In this document: piece by piece, positions 62,635-64,000 of the stretch | Layout of the letters: the number at the start of each line of letters is the position of its first letter | Position numbering within the stretch: position 1 is the stretch's first letter | Assembly (NCBI RefSeq): GCF_041146345.1 | Contig: NW_027191408.1 | Coordinates: 1,240,001 to 1,304,000 of the forward strand | DNA: 64,000 nucleotides | From: Neodothiora populina | Taxonomy: Eukaryota | Reading direction: 5' to 3' | Translations under genes and position numbers: made by a program | Notes under the pieces: model-generated | What the model was told of the DNA's origin: nothing | What the model saw: the letters and a program-made list of their open reading frames with translations, nothing else | Database searches by the model: none

Positions 62635-63182
62635 TTTTTTCCCGCAAGAAAAAAGAGAGACTTGGATGGAGATGAGAGGTGGGATCGGGACCTTGATAGA
62701 AAAGGGAAAAACGGGGAGCGAGGTTTGTGTCGCCGGGGCTTGCTCCTACCCTCGATTAAAAAGGCAATAATTATTTCTTTATTTCTTTCTTGAGTTTATG
62801 ATCGGGGAAAGTCCCTTTGTTGCACGTGATCGACATGATGTCATGCAACGATAACTTTCCGCAATCAGACTTACGGAATTTAGATTGCTCTAGATCCGAG
62901 TGGAGATATGTTGTCTTTTTGTCCTGTTTGTTTTTTTGTTTTATCTTTGTCATTTGTTGCATTTACCACAGCGCCGGCCGTCCTTCCTTGAGAAAGCACG
63001 TGTTTTGTTCAAGCAGGCAAATCGATCTTGAAGGTCTGGATTGCCTTTTCTTTGGAAAGGCTTCTTCAGGTGCATGATCTGTTAGGACGAGAGAGGAGGG
63101 CACATCAAATGCCATGGATATGTTGTCTATACAACTCACTCGATGATTCTATTCGTAAGTTCCCAAGTGTGAACATGACCGT

Positions 63183-64000
63183 CTATGCTTTGCCCAGCTT
63201 CTTTTCAATCTCAGCAATCCTCTCTGCCTCTGCCGCCTCAAATTCTGCTCTCTTTCTCGTCTCTTCACGCTCAAGCTGATCAGGTCTTCTGATGGCGATG
63301 TCCTTTGGCCTGAAGTCACTGAAAGCATACTTGAGGACCTTTTCGATGACCCAGCAGCCAACGAAGTCTAAGATCATCATGCCAGTAAGTGTGACTTTAA
63401 AATCATAGGTGAATGGCACGAGCTTCAGTTGCTCGTTGATTTCGGGAACGAACTCAGTGGCGCAAGAAAAGGCAACACCGGCAACAAGAATGATGCCCCA
63501 GTACATGCCACGATTCTCCCTGATCGACTCGCGGAAGGGTCTGCCCTGGTAGTTGATGGCAAATGTGGAGATTTGCTGAATGAGCTGGAGCAGATAGATT
63601 GCCGAGTTCAGCAGAGAAGGCTCAAACTCGCCTTCAAGGTCGATTTCAGTCTTCTTTGGTTCAGTACGCTGGACATATTGCGAGATGTAGATCAAGGTAA
63701 CAATGTGGACAGCAAATTGGCCAAGGATTGAGCCGATGATGTAAGGATTGAAGATCTTTGGCTGAGGGCGCTCTTTCGACAACTCTTCGACAGGCTGTTG
63801 GAAAAATTAGCTAAGGTCAAGTAAACACAACAGGAAGCAACATACCTTTGCACGAGAAATGGACAGGAAGCAGACGCTCATGAGCATACCACTGATCGTG
63901 ACCTGCCCATCACCAAACTTAATACCATCGAGATAGAGGACACTCAGACTGTAGGCACTGATCAAACAATTGAGGGCCAAGATCTTGTACATCTGAATGG
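63183..64000 (-). CDS. SPF1: P5A-type ATPase Spf1, 3' part (runs off window); intron 63845-63795
   Basis: [58 protein letters not shown]. Confidence 0.95.

Noticed and set aside
62806..62888. Paired hairpins with GGAAAGTCC and TCAGAC suggesting RNase P/MRP RNA
   Set aside because: The putative P4 halves are not complementary, the span is too short, and the stems are only 6-7 bp.
1..64000. CRISPR arrays, rRNA, spliceosomal snRNAs, TPP riboswitch, intact transposons
   Set aside because: None of their signature sequences were seen on either strand by eye; the DNA is eukaryotic and gene-dense.

Overview
Gene-dense, intron-containing DNA from a filamentous ascomycete (Pezizomycotina; Dothideomycete-like by impression only), with short GT-AG introns and CTRAY branch sites. 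Most of the window is recognisable housekeeping or metabolic genes: O-GlcNAc transferase, RPL12, SEC62, a secreted glucose-oxidase-like GMC enzyme, a Gal4-like Zn2Cys6 factor, GH43 arabinanase, a GNAT, mitochondrial uS4m (NAM9), Swi6/Cdc10-like APSES factor, a degenerate SDR, a macrodomain protein, SPO71, palmitoyl-protein thioesterase, an L1-domain ribosome biogenesis protein, a PH-domain protein, GH128, a hybrid histidine kinase, an AT-hook protein and the 3' end of SPF1. Two intron-containing tRNAs (Phe-GAA, Pro-AGG) are present. The most novel-looking part is 1-4643: a tandem array of three divergent paralogues of a family I do not recognise (signal peptide, S/T-rich stalk, conserved EQ..A..Y...G...YW..KT transmembrane block, 18-aa tail). 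Two of the three copies are frameshifted, and a 40-bp near-perfect palindrome lies between copies 1 and 2. Other points of interest are a GH128 fused to two cysteine-free SUEL-lectin-like repeats, an intact but catalytically dead SDR, and a tRNA-Phe with a C15/A48 Levitt pair. All calls come from reading the sequence and remembered family motifs; no searches were run.
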